From positions 23,932,001 through 23,996,000 of the forward strand of contig OZ024751.1 of the NCBI GenBank assembly GCA_964016885.1: a stretch of DNA of 64,000 bases. Direction: 5' to 3'. Both the position numbers and the translations under genes were made by a program. Positions 26,561 through 40,792 of this stretch are shown in pieces (position 1 is the stretch's first letter; every line of letters begins with the position of its first letter). Source of the stretch: Eledone cirrhosa. Its lineage: Eukaryota. The notes under the pieces were generated by a model. That model was not told the origin of the DNA. It saw nothing but the letters and a program-made list of their open reading frames with translations, and did no database searches.

Positions 26561-27550
26561 TCTCTCTATCTGTAACAGAGGATGTCTGTCTGTGTAAATC
26601 CCTAAAACTTGAGAAGTACCCGACCGATGTTTTCAAACTTTACACATGCGTTACTTGTATTTCTTGAAGTGCAATGGGCTAAAAATGTTTTAATTTTTTC
26701 TGCCCTAGGGCCCTCATTAGGCGAAAAACCGCATTTTGAAGGCATTTTAGTCTTTCTTTAGGTGTAACTTATAGATAATCCAGCCGATTTCCTCGAAATT
26801 TGCAGCATACATTAGTTAGTCCCCCGCATTGCTGTGGACAAAAACAAATTTCCGATTCCATCTAGGAATTTTACGAATTAGAATTGAACATTACATGCTA
26901 TTTTCATTTTCAATATAAACGCTAATTAAACATCGTAAGTAGCGTATAATATTTCGTTAAAAAATTGGGTTTATTTAACAGAGGACACAACACTTACTTA
27001 CTTTTAAGCAGGACCCTTTCAGGAGGATTGAGGAAATGAGAAGGACTTTAACATTGTCGGCGCCCTGCTTATACTTCGTGCTCTGACCACGCGCAAATCC
27101 GGACCCTGTGTACGTTGCCGTGTTATTGACGCCGTAAAACTCACATCTGTGCTACTTCTACTGAGACCCATTTTATTGCACCTACGCTGCAGTATGAACG
27201 CCTTGTGCAAGTACGCCGAAGAGCGGTTGTGCTAATTCCGCGGCGACACCTTTTGTCGCACCTTTGTTGCTGTGTAAACGCAGTCCAACCAGTGCCGCCC
27301 AGCGTTTGTACTAATTGACCTATGACCCCCTTCTGCTGCAGCTGCGTTGCCATGCTGATTTCGTCATCTCAATATCCCTACTTAAACGTACATTCCTACT
27401 TGGTTTTCACACAATTGACTACGTCGCTCCTCAATCATTCCTTGAAAATAAGGAAATTCAAAAAGTACACAGCTACATTCCCCAATCTTTGCATATGCGC
27501 GTTGCTATTTCACGTTTCCTATCCCGTGCAACACCGAGTCATGCTGCTAG
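26561..27550 (+). mobile_element. Non-autonomous Helitron
   Basis: 5' TC start followed by gtctgtctgt and aacttgagaag..ccgaccgatgttttcaaacttt. 3' GC-rich imperfect hairpin cccgtgcaacaccgag followed by gCTAG. Inserted between A and T with no TSD. Confidence 0.75.
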
Positions 27551-27804
27551 TATATATATATATAAGATTTCTTACTAATAAAACAGCTCTAGACCGTTAG
27601 AAATAATTTCTATAATAATAATGAGAATGGTTTCTTATTTAGGCACAAGGCCAACAGTGTGTTACTGGTAGTATATTTTATCGACCCCATAAGGGTGAAA
27701 GGCCGATACCATTATCGATATGCCCTTCAGACAGGCGATGCAACAAAAATATAGCCTGTATAGAGTGCTTGTTCTGGTACCACCAACAGTAATTCACTGA
27801 ATCA

Positions 27805-27972
27805 CCGTTTCGACAGCTAGACCCGAGTTCGGATCTAGCTGCCGAAACGGCCGGAGCTCAGCCGTAGGAGTCCTGACTCTTTTCTTATTTCCCACTCTAC
27901 TACCCTCCCTAAGTATCGAGTACTCTGGTGCATTATGATCCACCTAATTCCGTACGACACTTTCTTTGTTAT
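27805..27972 (+). mobile_element. Family B pLTR fragment
   Basis: ccgtttcgacagctag...ctagctgccgaaacggccggagctcagccgta...cccactctactaccct...gtatcgagtactctggtgc. Confidence 0.8.
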
Positions 27973-30420
27973 AAATATATATTAACATTTATGCGCAAAA
28001 TTCATATAAATTAGAGGTAATTAATAATACATATTTCTTTGGACTTTCTAATGTAGTCGTTTTAAAATCTAATCCATATAAAATATGAAATATATTCCTT
28101 GAAATTTATAAATTAATTCACTACAGAGAGTTGGAAAGATTTAACAAAAAAAAAAAAAAGAATATTAAAATAAATATATAACAAAAATAAATAAAATCAA
28201 ATGATTAATATCATTTTTGCAATGAATGAATATTACAAATTGGCAAACATATCATCGTTAATCATATGATTAATATATACTTGAGGATACTGTGTTATTG
28301 GGGTGGTGGTGCCTGGAGACTAGTTTGGCATATACATTTTACTATATTAATTCTACTTATTGTCATTTCTACAGTTGTTTCTGAGTTTGGGGGATTTTTG
28401 TCGGTTTTGACGAACTAACACCAACAACAGCATCTTAATTAATTAGTTCAGAGTAATCACTGACAAACACAAAATGGTGCATCCTCCGTCAGTTACAACG
28501 ATGTACTATCAGTTGTTCAATTATCTGACTCTCCGACACGTGAAAAAAAATTGTTGTGGCGTATCTTTTATTATAACAACTCCACCCCCACGCCCTATAA
28601 TGTTAACTCTTTATGAATGTCAGGAAGGAATGTTGAACTCAGTATGCACAGAACTGGAACAAGTAGAGTACAGTAACACGTCCGCTATTCCACCAACCTG
28701 GTTTCACATTTTATATATGCATGTATATATGGACCCGTAACTCTTGGTGGATTCGTAGGAGTGCCGTAGTTATATACTGCATGTCAGACACTTTAAACTT
28801 GACAGAGCCCTCTCCAGGTCCGATCTCAGTGGATATCCTCCAGAGAAGGACAGAGAGAAAGTGATAAAGAGGAAGTGAGAAAGAGATCCAGATGAAGAAT
28901 CGTCTCCAGTACTTCGCTAGTACATTTTTATCGACCTTGTAGAAAGAAAGGTAAAGTGGATCTCAGTTGCATTTGAACTCAAATTGCAGACAGCCGAAAC
29001 ATGTATCGGAAAGTAACGACTCTGCCAATTTACCACCTTCGGTACTTTATAGAAACCAAAATTACTTTAGAAATTATTTAGCAAAGCATTTAAGCGCCCA
29101 GATCATGCCTGGATCAGTGAACACGGAATTGAATGCATATTCTAGAGTAGAATTGATCCCTCAAAGCGCGTGTGTATTATACTTAATATTTATGTTTAAA
29201 ACAAAGTACTTGAGTTTTCAATTTAACTGACGGAACACCAGTTCCAACTTAACGAACCCCAGGATGAGAATAAATGTCCTGACCGTGGGATTTAAACATT
29301 CGTACAAACTTCTCAGTTGCAATGCTAAATTAATTATCCGGCATTTTAAAATAAAACAAACAAACAATATAAATAACTCTAAAAATATCAACCATGGGAT
29401 TTAGTTATATTTTCTGAAATAGTGACAACCAGTCGAAGTAAAAATGTGTGTACGGTATAAGTTTTAATGCTAAATTAATTATCTAATTTTAAAAAAATAT
29501 GAACAGAAAAATATTGAAAAGGTTTCAATACTTTTCCGATGACAGGAAGGAAGTGAGATGAATGTGTTTAATTACTTTTCAGTAAATGGTATGGGATATA
29601 AAATTGACGTAAGATAAATTATCCATAATCTTGCATAATTTAATTTTGCCTTTCCCTGAGTAAAAAAGAAATCAGTGAACGGCAAAAGTAAAACAAGATC
29701 CCAATGAATTTCTGTTTTTGCAGTGTTCCATGAACATTTTCTCCAGCTTTGACAAATATTTTCCAATCACCCAGTATTCAATTTCCTTCACGTAATCTTG
29801 ATTTTTATTTCAATTTCAGAAAACGTAAAAGGAAAAAGACGTTCTTACCCAATGGACTAAAATAGCATTGTGCTTTAACTTAAAATCAATTGCAGGTGTT
29901 ATGCAGTGTCTCTAGGCAGTGGATAGAATTATCCATGTAGTCGGTTAATTGCATATTGACAGTAGATTCTTAAGGATTTTATCTGTGGAAGCAACACCCT
30001 TTCTACTTGCAATATATCTATCAGGTTTTACAGAAACACTACAAAACTTGAATTACACACATGTGACTGTCAGCTACACAGGATTCTAACTGATTTCAAA
30101 ACATGATCGTGAAGACGGGCAACGTACTGGTTAGGGCATTCAGCGGGTGATCGTAACGCCGTGTTCGATTCGCAGATGTAGCAAACCATTGTATTTCATT
30201 TTGGTCCAGCCGACACATTTTGGAAGAATAAGTTATACATGTAATTGAAAGAGTAAGAATTGTTAAACATTCAGTCTCACTGAGAACTAAAGAAACGGTA
30301 CACATATCTTTGATATATTCAGTCATTTGCACTTTGATTTCGCGAGTATGTTTTTCGTTAATTGATTCAACTGGAACATCTCTTGCCTGTGGGTTTCCAT
30401 CATATGTATATATGATAAGT

Positions 30421-30451
<31 letters not shown>

Positions 30452-30680
30452 CGTTTGTCCGATAATGAGCAGATATTCGACGAACACGCGCCTCATTACA
30501 ATAAGGCCCTCAAGCGCAGGGCTCCGGGAGGAAATATCATTTTATCCAGCTTCCCTTAGCGGAACCAGCAGGCGACACCGCCGCTCATGCAATGTAACAT
30601 GGTTCAACCCTCCCCACAATGCCGAGGTGGCAACACCTATCGGGAAAATCTTCTTTAGACTCCTCGAAAAATACTTCCCA
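30452..30680 (+). pseudogene. Internal fragment of a third PLE family (post-RT thumb/linker region)
   Basis: After (TA)n: RLSDNEQIFDEHAPHYNKALKR / GLREEISFY...RRHRRSCNVTWFNPPHNAEVATPIGKIFFRLLEKYFP, with one frameshift. The WFNPP..V.T.IG..F..L..K.FP motif is one I recognise from PLE proteins. Confidence 0.75.
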
Positions 30681-31592
30681 CTACAATACTGCTGGAACCC
30701 TCTCTTTCCATCTCTCACATTCTCGATCTTCTACAAAATCAAGGGTGGGAGTGTCGATTTACTGCAGGGTGATGTCCCCGACAATTATTACAAGATTATT
30801 GAAGAAATCTGGATTATGAAAGTATTAAAGCCTCGGTAACGTATGCATACCTATTTTGTCTATGAGTGTGGTGTGTTTTCTAATCTACGTTTCTGAAACG
30901 TATTGTATTTTAAGGTTTTGTAATTTATTGAGATCTCTTCTACAAAGATTGGGGAACCACAGAGAACTGACACAAACCGTAATCAATCTAATATATTATT
31001 TGTAATTATGTGTAATGTTGTAGCTTTTTTCAGTAGAAATATGGTACCTTTACTGTTGTTGAGTATACTCGGTTGTTATAATTGATGTTTGTATTATGTT
31101 GTCTCTAACACGGATAATAATGTACTTTATGTGTGCTAATTTAAGGCAACTATTTTAGAACCAATTGTCTAAAAGAGAAATATAACGGTCTCGCTATATC
31201 TGAATAATTATAGAAGAATTTTACTGTGGTATTATTTTTGTAAAAGCGTGTGTGTATCAGTTCTAAAATAGAAAGCCAGTGTAAATATATCTTAACATTA
31301 TATTATTATAAATGGATAGACGATCCTCGTCAAACAACATTAACGATATTGTAATTTCAAAATTTTGAGTTGTAGTATGTTGTATACAGTTGTAGGTTAG
31401 ACAGATAATTTGTCTTCATTACTTTTCATGTCGTTTCTTAAGGAGGGCTTTAGTAATTTATTGTAGAAGTGGATAACATGAAATGGAATTTAAACCTTTG
31501 CTACAAATGAATGGATGTAGTAAATTAGGGTTTCAGTAACGTAGCGGGAATTAATGGTATTAAGATGTTTAATACATCTAGAAAGCAATTAA

Positions 31593-31918
31593 CAAGGTGT
31601 TTGATAGAAATAACTTCCTATATCAGTTGCTATGTATATTACCAATTTACATTTGGCATTAATTTTATACTCACCCTATGGTCAATACTGGTTAAATATT
31701 GTATATTTATATTCAACAATTTGCAAGTATATTCAGGTATGGAGACGTTTAGGACTTTACAGGGTCATTAGCAAGGTATTTAAGAGAATTAACTTCCTAC
31801 ATCAGTTCATTTATATAGTGGCAATTCAGATTTAGCATTAATTTAATACTCTTCATATAGTCGATTGTGTCTAAATATCGTACGTTTGCGTTCAATAATT
31901 TTCAAGTATATACAGATT
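31593..31918. repeat. Old tandem duplication, ~179-bp period
   Basis: caaggt.ttt.a.agaa.taacttccta.atcagtt...gcattaattt.atactc...ttcaa.aattt.caagtata occurs twice. Confidence 0.7.
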
Positions 31919-32002
31919 TTACTCCGGCTATTCAGATTTAACTACTACACCATTTCGTCTAATACTTCGTTTTTAAGTATTAAACAGGATGACTCACAAC
32001 GT

Positions 32003-32295
32003 GCGTGGCTCAGAGTGTCACTCCAGGTAAAGCGGCTACTTCTCCTAATTGAGAGATCACAACTCCGATACTATGGACATGTGGTTAGAATGTCTCTGGA
32101 AAGAATCTTTGGACAGATTTGACAGGCGAAACCAAGAGGTAGGAGACCCAGGGGTAGACCGCGCGAACGAGATGGTTGGATAACATTCATGAGCCTGGCT
32201 AGTCACGTTTGCGGATTCAGTTGGAGACGGTTGCTTCTGACAGGAACCGCTGGGGGAAGTCTTTAAAGACTCTTCCCCCAAGATTCTCTCAGGAA
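32003..32295 (+). mobile_element. RTE-clade LINE 3' fragment
   Basis: Translates IERSQLRYYGHVVRM..ERI....*.AKPRGRRPRGRPR, the C-terminal motif typical of RTE-type ORFs. Contains an internal stop. Confidence 0.75.
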
Positions 32296-32465
32296 TAAGA
32301 GAAATAGGGAAGCATGGTATACATTCCAGTACATTCTGTGTATTTTAGACAACCTTATATATGATAAACCTACGTGTAATTACAAAACCTAAAAAATGTA
32401 GACAGACGTCACTTTATATTTCAGTATGAAAAACATGACTCTCACACTACCATCACACTCTTCTA

Positions 32466-32539
<74 letters not shown>

Positions 32540-32545
<6 letters not shown>

Positions 32546-33252
32546 TAAAATAATAGATTGAAGTTTAAGCAAAGAATCGCTGCTTTCACCCTTAACGGGA
32601 TCTTCAGAAAATAAAAAAGTCAATCTGTGAACGCAGAAGTGAATATTTTTAAAAAATTTGCAACCGAAGCAAGACAGGAAGACGATACTTTTGATACTTT
32701 TATTTACTTTATTCTTAACTCTGAAGCCGAGGATCATTCGGTTTCCTCAATAGAATTTTAGTCTACGACTTCAGTTATACCATTTACGTGGTTTTGTCTG
32801 TGTGTAATTATTCTCATCGCTCCACCTAATGACGTATTATCTTCGTTTTTTCCGTTCATTGCCAGAGAACGTCTCCATAAACCACCTAATAGAATATTAG
32901 TCTACGACTTCATTTATACCATACACGTGGTTTTGTCTTTGCGTGTAATTGTTTTCACGATCCAAATAATGACGTATTATCCTCGTTTTCTTCCGTTCTT
33001 TGCCAGGGAACGTTTCCACGAACCAAAGTATCGTTGTCCTGTCTTCCTTCGGTTGCAACGGTTTTTGAAATATTTACTTCTGCGTTCACAGATTGACTTT
33101 TTTAGTTTCAGAAGATCCCGTTAAGGGTGAGAGCAGCGATTCTTTGCTTAAACTTTAATCTGTTATTTTAATAAATATTTGCTCTACGGTTCTTATATAT
33201 TTGATATATATTTATCCTATCGAGCCCACTTTGTATTTTAGTCTTCAAATTT
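32540..33252 (+). mobile_element. Family C element: inverted 5' arm, two ~138-bp tandem units and hammerhead tail
   Basis: 32540-32700 is the reverse complement of about 33025-33180. Tandem units start near 32746 and 32885. Ends tattttagtcttcaaat(tta)n(TA)n. Confidence 0.85.
32562..32611 (-). ncRNA. Type I hammerhead (family C, canonical core)
   Basis: Minus strand: ttt CTGAAGA tcccgttaagggt GAAA gca gcgattctt tgc TT aaa. Confidence 0.75.
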
Positions 33253-33260
33253 ATTATTAT

Positions 33261-33314
<54 letters not shown>

Positions 33315-33419
33315 ATATGTATATATATATGTATGTGTGTGTGTATGTATCTATGTATGTGTGTGTGTGTTCAAAAACATATATCAGTCCAAGAATCGAA
33401 ACCCTGATATTATTATCTT

Positions 33420-33612
33420 AGGTCGGTGGATTGGCAGTATCGGTAGAGGGTCGGACGCCATGCTTTCCAGCATAGTTACGTCTCTTTACGATCTGAGTTC
33501 AAATCCCGCCGAGGTTGACTTTGCCTTTCATCCTTACGGGGTCGATAAAATAAAGTACCAGTAATGCACTGGGTAATTGCTGGCCTTGTGCCTAAAGTAG
33601 AAACAATTATTA
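33420..33612 (+). mobile_element. Full-length major SINE with TSD
   Basis: Consensus copy flanked by tattatcttaggtc on both sides. Confidence 0.92.
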
Positions 33613-34702
33613 TCTTAGGTCTAACACATTTACCACTAGGCCACAAGTTTTTAATTTGAAGCTTTCATTAGAAATACAGTGCTGAAAGAGTTAAAACACT
33701 AAATATACGTTATCTGTTTCAATGTAACATTTTACATAGACCATCCTTCATATGACATTTAATATTTTGTAGACTTTCAAATAAAATACAAGAATACATG
33801 AAATCCAGCACTAAATATATGTTAGTTTCGCAAATTGTTGTTGTAAATATTTTTAGGTTACTGGGTTCAGCGTAGGGACATTTGCATCAGTGCATATAAC
33901 CCCGGTACTTAATACATTATATTTAATTTTGAAAACTTTCTAACAAATTCTCTAAAATATGTAAATATCTGAAATTATGTTGTGAATTTATGTCGGCTTC
34001 ATAATTTATTTATTAAATTCTTTTGTAGCTTATTAAACTGAAACGGTCGATAAAGATACATCTAGCAAAGTCTTCGCTTGTCATATACTTTACACTGTGA
34101 ATATTTCGATAGAAAGAAAATAACATGAATATTTGCATTAACCCTTTCTACACAGACAATAATACGCAAGCGTCTTGTCGTATGATATATGCACAATGAT
34201 TAAAGTGACAGACCGAGATTGGTAAGCCGGACTAAGGTATCATTTGTAGTATTATGGATTGCCTACAGGCCGCCAATAGAACGTCTCGGGGGTGGTGTGG
34301 GTGCAATCCAGAACAACATGCAGCTCAGTCTGGTTAGAGAGAGAAAGAGAGAGAGGGGGGGGGGGGGGAGATAACATACTGAAAGGTGCTCTTATTTGCG
34401 TGAAGAGATATGTTTTATTTTATTAACTAGTGTATCGTTAAAGAGTATAGTACTGTGATATATTTAACCATCATATTGTCGAAGTATTCATACGATAAAT
34501 TCTGATAAATTATTCTATTTTCTCATCATATGAAATGTCTAGCTATATTACTCACATGATTGTTTCTACTGTTGGCACAAGGCCAGCAATTACCCAGTAC
34601 ATTACTGGTACTTTATTTTATCGACCCCAGAAGGATGAAAGGCAAAGTTTACCTCACATAATATTCATTTAATATTACACAGTTTCCTCTTTTCGTAAAG
34701 GA

Positions 34703-35310
34703 TCGAGGTTAACTTTGCCTTTCATCCTTACGGGATCGATAAAATAAAGTACCAGTAATGCACTGATTAATTGCTGGCCTTGTGCCAAAAGGAGAAACAA
34801 TTATTTCATGGTAGGACGCCAGGCTTTGCAGCCAAGACTTACGGTAGTTTAGGGTTTGAGCTCAAATCCCGCCGAGGTTACTTTTGCCTTTCATCCGTAC
34901 GAGATCGATAAAATAAAGAACCAGTAATGGACTGGAATAATTGCTGGGCTTGTGACAAAAGTAGAACCAATTATTTCATAATCCCGCCGAGGTTAACTTT
35001 GCCTCTCATCCTTACGGGGTCGATAAAATAAAGTACCAGTAATGTACTGGGTAATTTCTGGCCTTGTGCCAATAGTAGAAACAATTATTTCATAGGCGGT
35101 GGGTTGACAGTATCGGTAGTGCGTCAGACATCATGCTGTGTGACATAGAGATACGATCCTTTAACCTCTGATTTTTAATGTCGCCAATGTTAGCTATGCC
35201 TTTCAACCGTACGGGGTCGATAAGATAAGGCACCAGTAATGCATTGGTGTAGATTTTATTGACTTCCCCTTCTGCCACAATTATTGGCCTTTTTCCTGAA
35301 TCAGAATCCT
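34703..35310 (+). mobile_element. Head-to-tail cluster of four SINE copies
   Basis: Copies at about 34703-34805, 34812-34978, 34981-35090 and 35094-35310. Each ends in or near attatttcat. Confidence 0.88.
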
Positions 35311-35783
35311 TCATTTCATAATATATCAATAGCTGATATTTGTTTCATATTGAATACAGACACCCCAGCCACCCAGAAATACCTCTTTAATCTATTTCAT
35401 TTATTTGAATAGAATGTTATTATATATAACACAGAGCTTCTTTAATAACTATCGTAATGTAATACAATAAGATATGTATATAATTTTACGTGGCATAATT
35501 GAGTTATTATTGCTTAATAATTTCACCAGCGTTGAAAATCAAGCAATCATTATGTTTTTATATGTCTGCCAAATAAATTTAATGCCGTTACAATTATAAG
35601 TTTTCAGTTTAATTCTGTGCATTAATATTTAGTAAATATCTGTCTATATACATACAAGCGGACACAGCTTCATACTTGCATTTATACACTCGCATACATA
35701 TATATATGCATAGAAATATACATACACACACATACGTACATATATGATATACGAACATATATGCATACGAACATATATATATG

Positions 35784-35827
<44 letters not shown>

Positions 35828-36082
35828 AACGGAAAAAATGAAACGAAATTTCATTTCTCACTCTTAGTACGGCTGTTACTTAAATATAAGTATGTATACG
35901 TACATACATATATGTATACAGACGTACAGTAATATGTATATATAATATGCATACTACTGTACGTCTGTATACATATATGTATGTACGTATACATACTTAT
36001 ATATATATATATATATAAGTATGTATACGTACATACATATATGTATACAGACGTATGAAATTTCATTTTTTCCATTTATATT

Positions 36083-36464
<382 letters not shown>

Positions 36465-36883
36465 ACACACAAATTTATATATATGTATGTACATACATAC
36501 GCATACATATTAATATAAATATATGATAGTATACATACATACGCGTATATGTGAGAGAGAGAGCGAGTAAATACCTACATACATGCACCATACATACACA
36601 TAAATATACACACATGCATATACACACATACATATCCATCCATATACAAACGTGCATACATACGCGTGGATGCATGCGCGTATTCTTTACCTTATTTGCC
36701 TCTTGTAATGATATTTCTAATTGAAAATGTTAAGCCCCGGAATAAATGTCAACAGTTCAAATGCGGATATGTGTCATTGATTTTCTAATAAGGTCAAACA
36801 AAGTATATTATATTTATATTATATTTCTTACACATACAGAGATCCATTAAATGCCATCGATAATGATTTTTACTAAAGGCACA

Positions 36884-37840
36884 TTTCTACTATAGGCACA
36901 GAGGGGAAAGTTGATCAAATCGACGCCAGTGCATTACTGGTACTTTATTTTATCGACCTCGTAAGGATGACAGGCAAAGCTAACCTCGGCGGGATTTGAA
37001 CTTAGATCGTAAAGGGCCGTAACGCTATGTGGCAAAGCATGGTGTCCGATGCTCTACCGATGCTGCCAAGCTCCCATCTAAATACCATTCACTATAAAGT
37101 CTGTTCATTTAGAGGTGACAGTGAGTAGAACAACAACAACAACGATGGCGACGGGGACGACAAGATCAGTTATACAGAAATAGTGTTTTCTACTTTTGGC
37201 ATAAAGCCAACAATTATCCCAGTGTATTACTGGTACTTTATTTTATCGACCCCGTAAGGATGAAAGGCAAAGTTAACCCCGGCGGGATTAGAACTCAAAT
37301 CGTAAAGGGTCGTAACTCTATACTGCAAAGCATGGTGTCCGACTCTCTACCGATACTGCCAATGGTTATTGATTTAACTACAAGGCTAATAATGTTGGAG
37401 AAAGTGACAGTAGAGTAAATTGACCCCAGTATATTACTGATACTTTATTATGTCAACCTCGGAAGGTAAAAAGCTGGAACTAACAACATAATGATATTTT
37501 ATTCTACGCTCTATCAATTCCGCAAATTCCTCACCGTGTCCGACTTGAAATAATGGTTTCTGCTTTAGGCAAAAGGCCAAACATTTTTAGGAGAGAGAAA
37601 GTCGGTTAAATTAACCCCAGTGTGTTACTGGTACATTATTTTATCGACCCCGTAAAGATGAAATGCAACGGTAATCTCGGTGGGATTTGAACTCAGAACG
37701 TAAAGGACAGTAACTATATATAACAGAGTATATTGTCATACGCTCTACCGACACTGCAAATCCACAGCCAAATTGTAATGGTTTCTGGTTTAGGCACAAT
37801 AGCAAAACCATTGGGAAAGGGGAAAGTCAATTAAATCGCC
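36884..37840 (-). mobile_element. Cluster of about five co-oriented SINE copies
   Basis: Minus-strand copies at about 36884-37078, 37185-37363, 37375-37535, 37550-37770 and 37775-37840. Confidence 0.85.
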
Positions 37841-37952
37841 TCTGCGTCGCGGATAGTTTTAACGTACGGCTTTCTTTGAGTCAACAACATGCTTCCATAG
37901 TTAAGCAGCGAGTTCGCGGTAATTCCTATGTAGGTTATACTTGGAGTAATAA

Positions 37953-38243
37953 TAGTGAAGGAATGAAGAGTAACATGGTTGGCTGTACAATAAGGGGCTT
38001 TATTTCAAGTACTGACAATTGTTTTGTTGATCAGGTGAGTCTAGAGATCGCTAATCGCTTGAAATTGCGTCACTCGATGTCCATTACATTATTTACCTCT
38101 GGTCAACAGTTTTGGAGATCGAGTGACGCAACGTCAAGCGATTAGCGACCTCTGGACTCACATGATCAACGAAACAATTGTCAGTACTTGAAATAAAGCC
38201 CCTTATTGTACAGCCAACGGTGTTACTCTTCATTCTTTCACTA
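37953..38243. repeat. Fold-back insertion with ~130-bp inverted arms ending in (TA)n
   Basis: agtgaaggaatgaagagtaaca...gcgtcactcgat (37953-38079) is inverted at about 38117-38243. Confidence 0.85.
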
Positions 38244-38311
38244 TATATATAGTATAATATAATATAATCCTTATCGAACACTTTTCAGATTTTAGTCTAC
38301 ATATTTATTCT

Positions 38312-38766
<455 letters not shown>

Positions 38767-39130
38767 ATATATAAATATATCCGTATGAATACTAACCTGA
38801 TTATGTTACTATGTTGCCAATGTAAATAATTTCTAAAGACTTTATTTCAAGCCTATTAATGTCTCATACTATGTTGTGTACTGTATAAAACACAAATGGA
38901 TTGAACCCGGCTGTAAGCCTGCATTGATAAAAGTAAACCAAAGAATTGATATCATGGCAGGAAAGTAAATTATTTTTTTCATACGGCTTAATACAATGAG
39001 ATTTACTGGTGTAGTTAATAGATTTCTTATTAATATATTTATTCAAGTAGTGTCTATTCACTCTTATTTAACGTGGATCTATCCTATTACTGCTTGTATA
39101 ATTGTATAATGTCTCATGATTTATTTGTCC

Positions 39131-39271
<141 letters not shown>

Positions 39272-39298
39272 TATATATATATATATATATATATGTTT

Positions 39299-39492
<194 letters not shown>

Positions 39493-39575
39493 CTGTATAT
39501 ATATATGTGTGTGTGTATATATATATATATGTAATGTATATGCATATAATTCAATATATTTATATATATATATAC

Positions 39576-39607
<32 letters not shown>

Positions 39608-40397
39608 TTGTGTGTGTGTGAAATATTCACAATTCAAAATATACAACAATATAATGTCTAATAGGAGCAGATGATTTAACTAAAAACATACATTTATATG
39701 CATATAATTTCAGCTTCGGTGGAATATCTCAATATAGTTGATTGTAAATACTTAATTCCATTGGTTATTGGGAATCGATAGAGTTAGTATTGGTAAAATT
39801 GTTTTGTATAGAAATTTAGACTTTTGAAACATAAAAAAAAAATTACTGGAAAGATAAAAAAAAAACAACCCAAAGAAATTATGAGAATCTGAAAGAAAAA
39901 GACTTGGACAAAAAAATGGAAAAAAGGTAGGAAGAATATAATAACTCTTGATGAAGAAAGAAAAGGGAATAACATATAAAATAACAATGTATTGATAAAA
40001 AGTAAATATATCTCATTGAGACATATATAATTGAAATAAGCTGAAAAGGAATTCTAAGCTCATCTCAGTTTGTGAAGACAAATATTTTCTTGAGATAATT
40101 CCAAATGTATTCTACAGTTTATTAATAATATGTTGTATTGAAAGTGGTAGGCTGGAAAATTGTTGGAGAGCCAAACTGATTGTTTTAGCAGTATTTAGTT
40201 ACGGGTTATTAATCCGAGTATTGAAATCCACCCGTGTCAAGCTTGCTTTATATCCTTCTAGGGTCAGAAGTGTACCAGGCTCGATATAATCGAGTTACTT
40301 ATTATTTTCAAATTACTGGTTTTAGCCTCTACAGGTATGCTTCAACCTACGTGGTTAGTTTCTTCCAGAGGTTAAGACTTAAGTAATATACATATAC

Positions 40398-40467
<70 letters not shown>

Positions 40468-40678
40468 ATGTATATATATATAGCACTTGCTACAGACGCG
40501 TCAAGGAAACAGTCCTTTTTCCTGAGTCCTATTAGCCCCACAACGATGATGCATTTTTATAATGGAAACAGTTGCACACGGATCGGCGAAACTGCAGTCG
40601 AGACTTTTAAGAATAAATAGGTATATTCTTGTCTATTATTTCCTCATATTTTGTATATGTATATGTATACACCCCCCC

Positions 40679-40792
<114 letters not shown>

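Noticed and set aside
38155-38186. gaaacaattgtc resembling a hammerhead 3' half
   Set aside because: No convincing CUGAnGA core or stem II in either arm.
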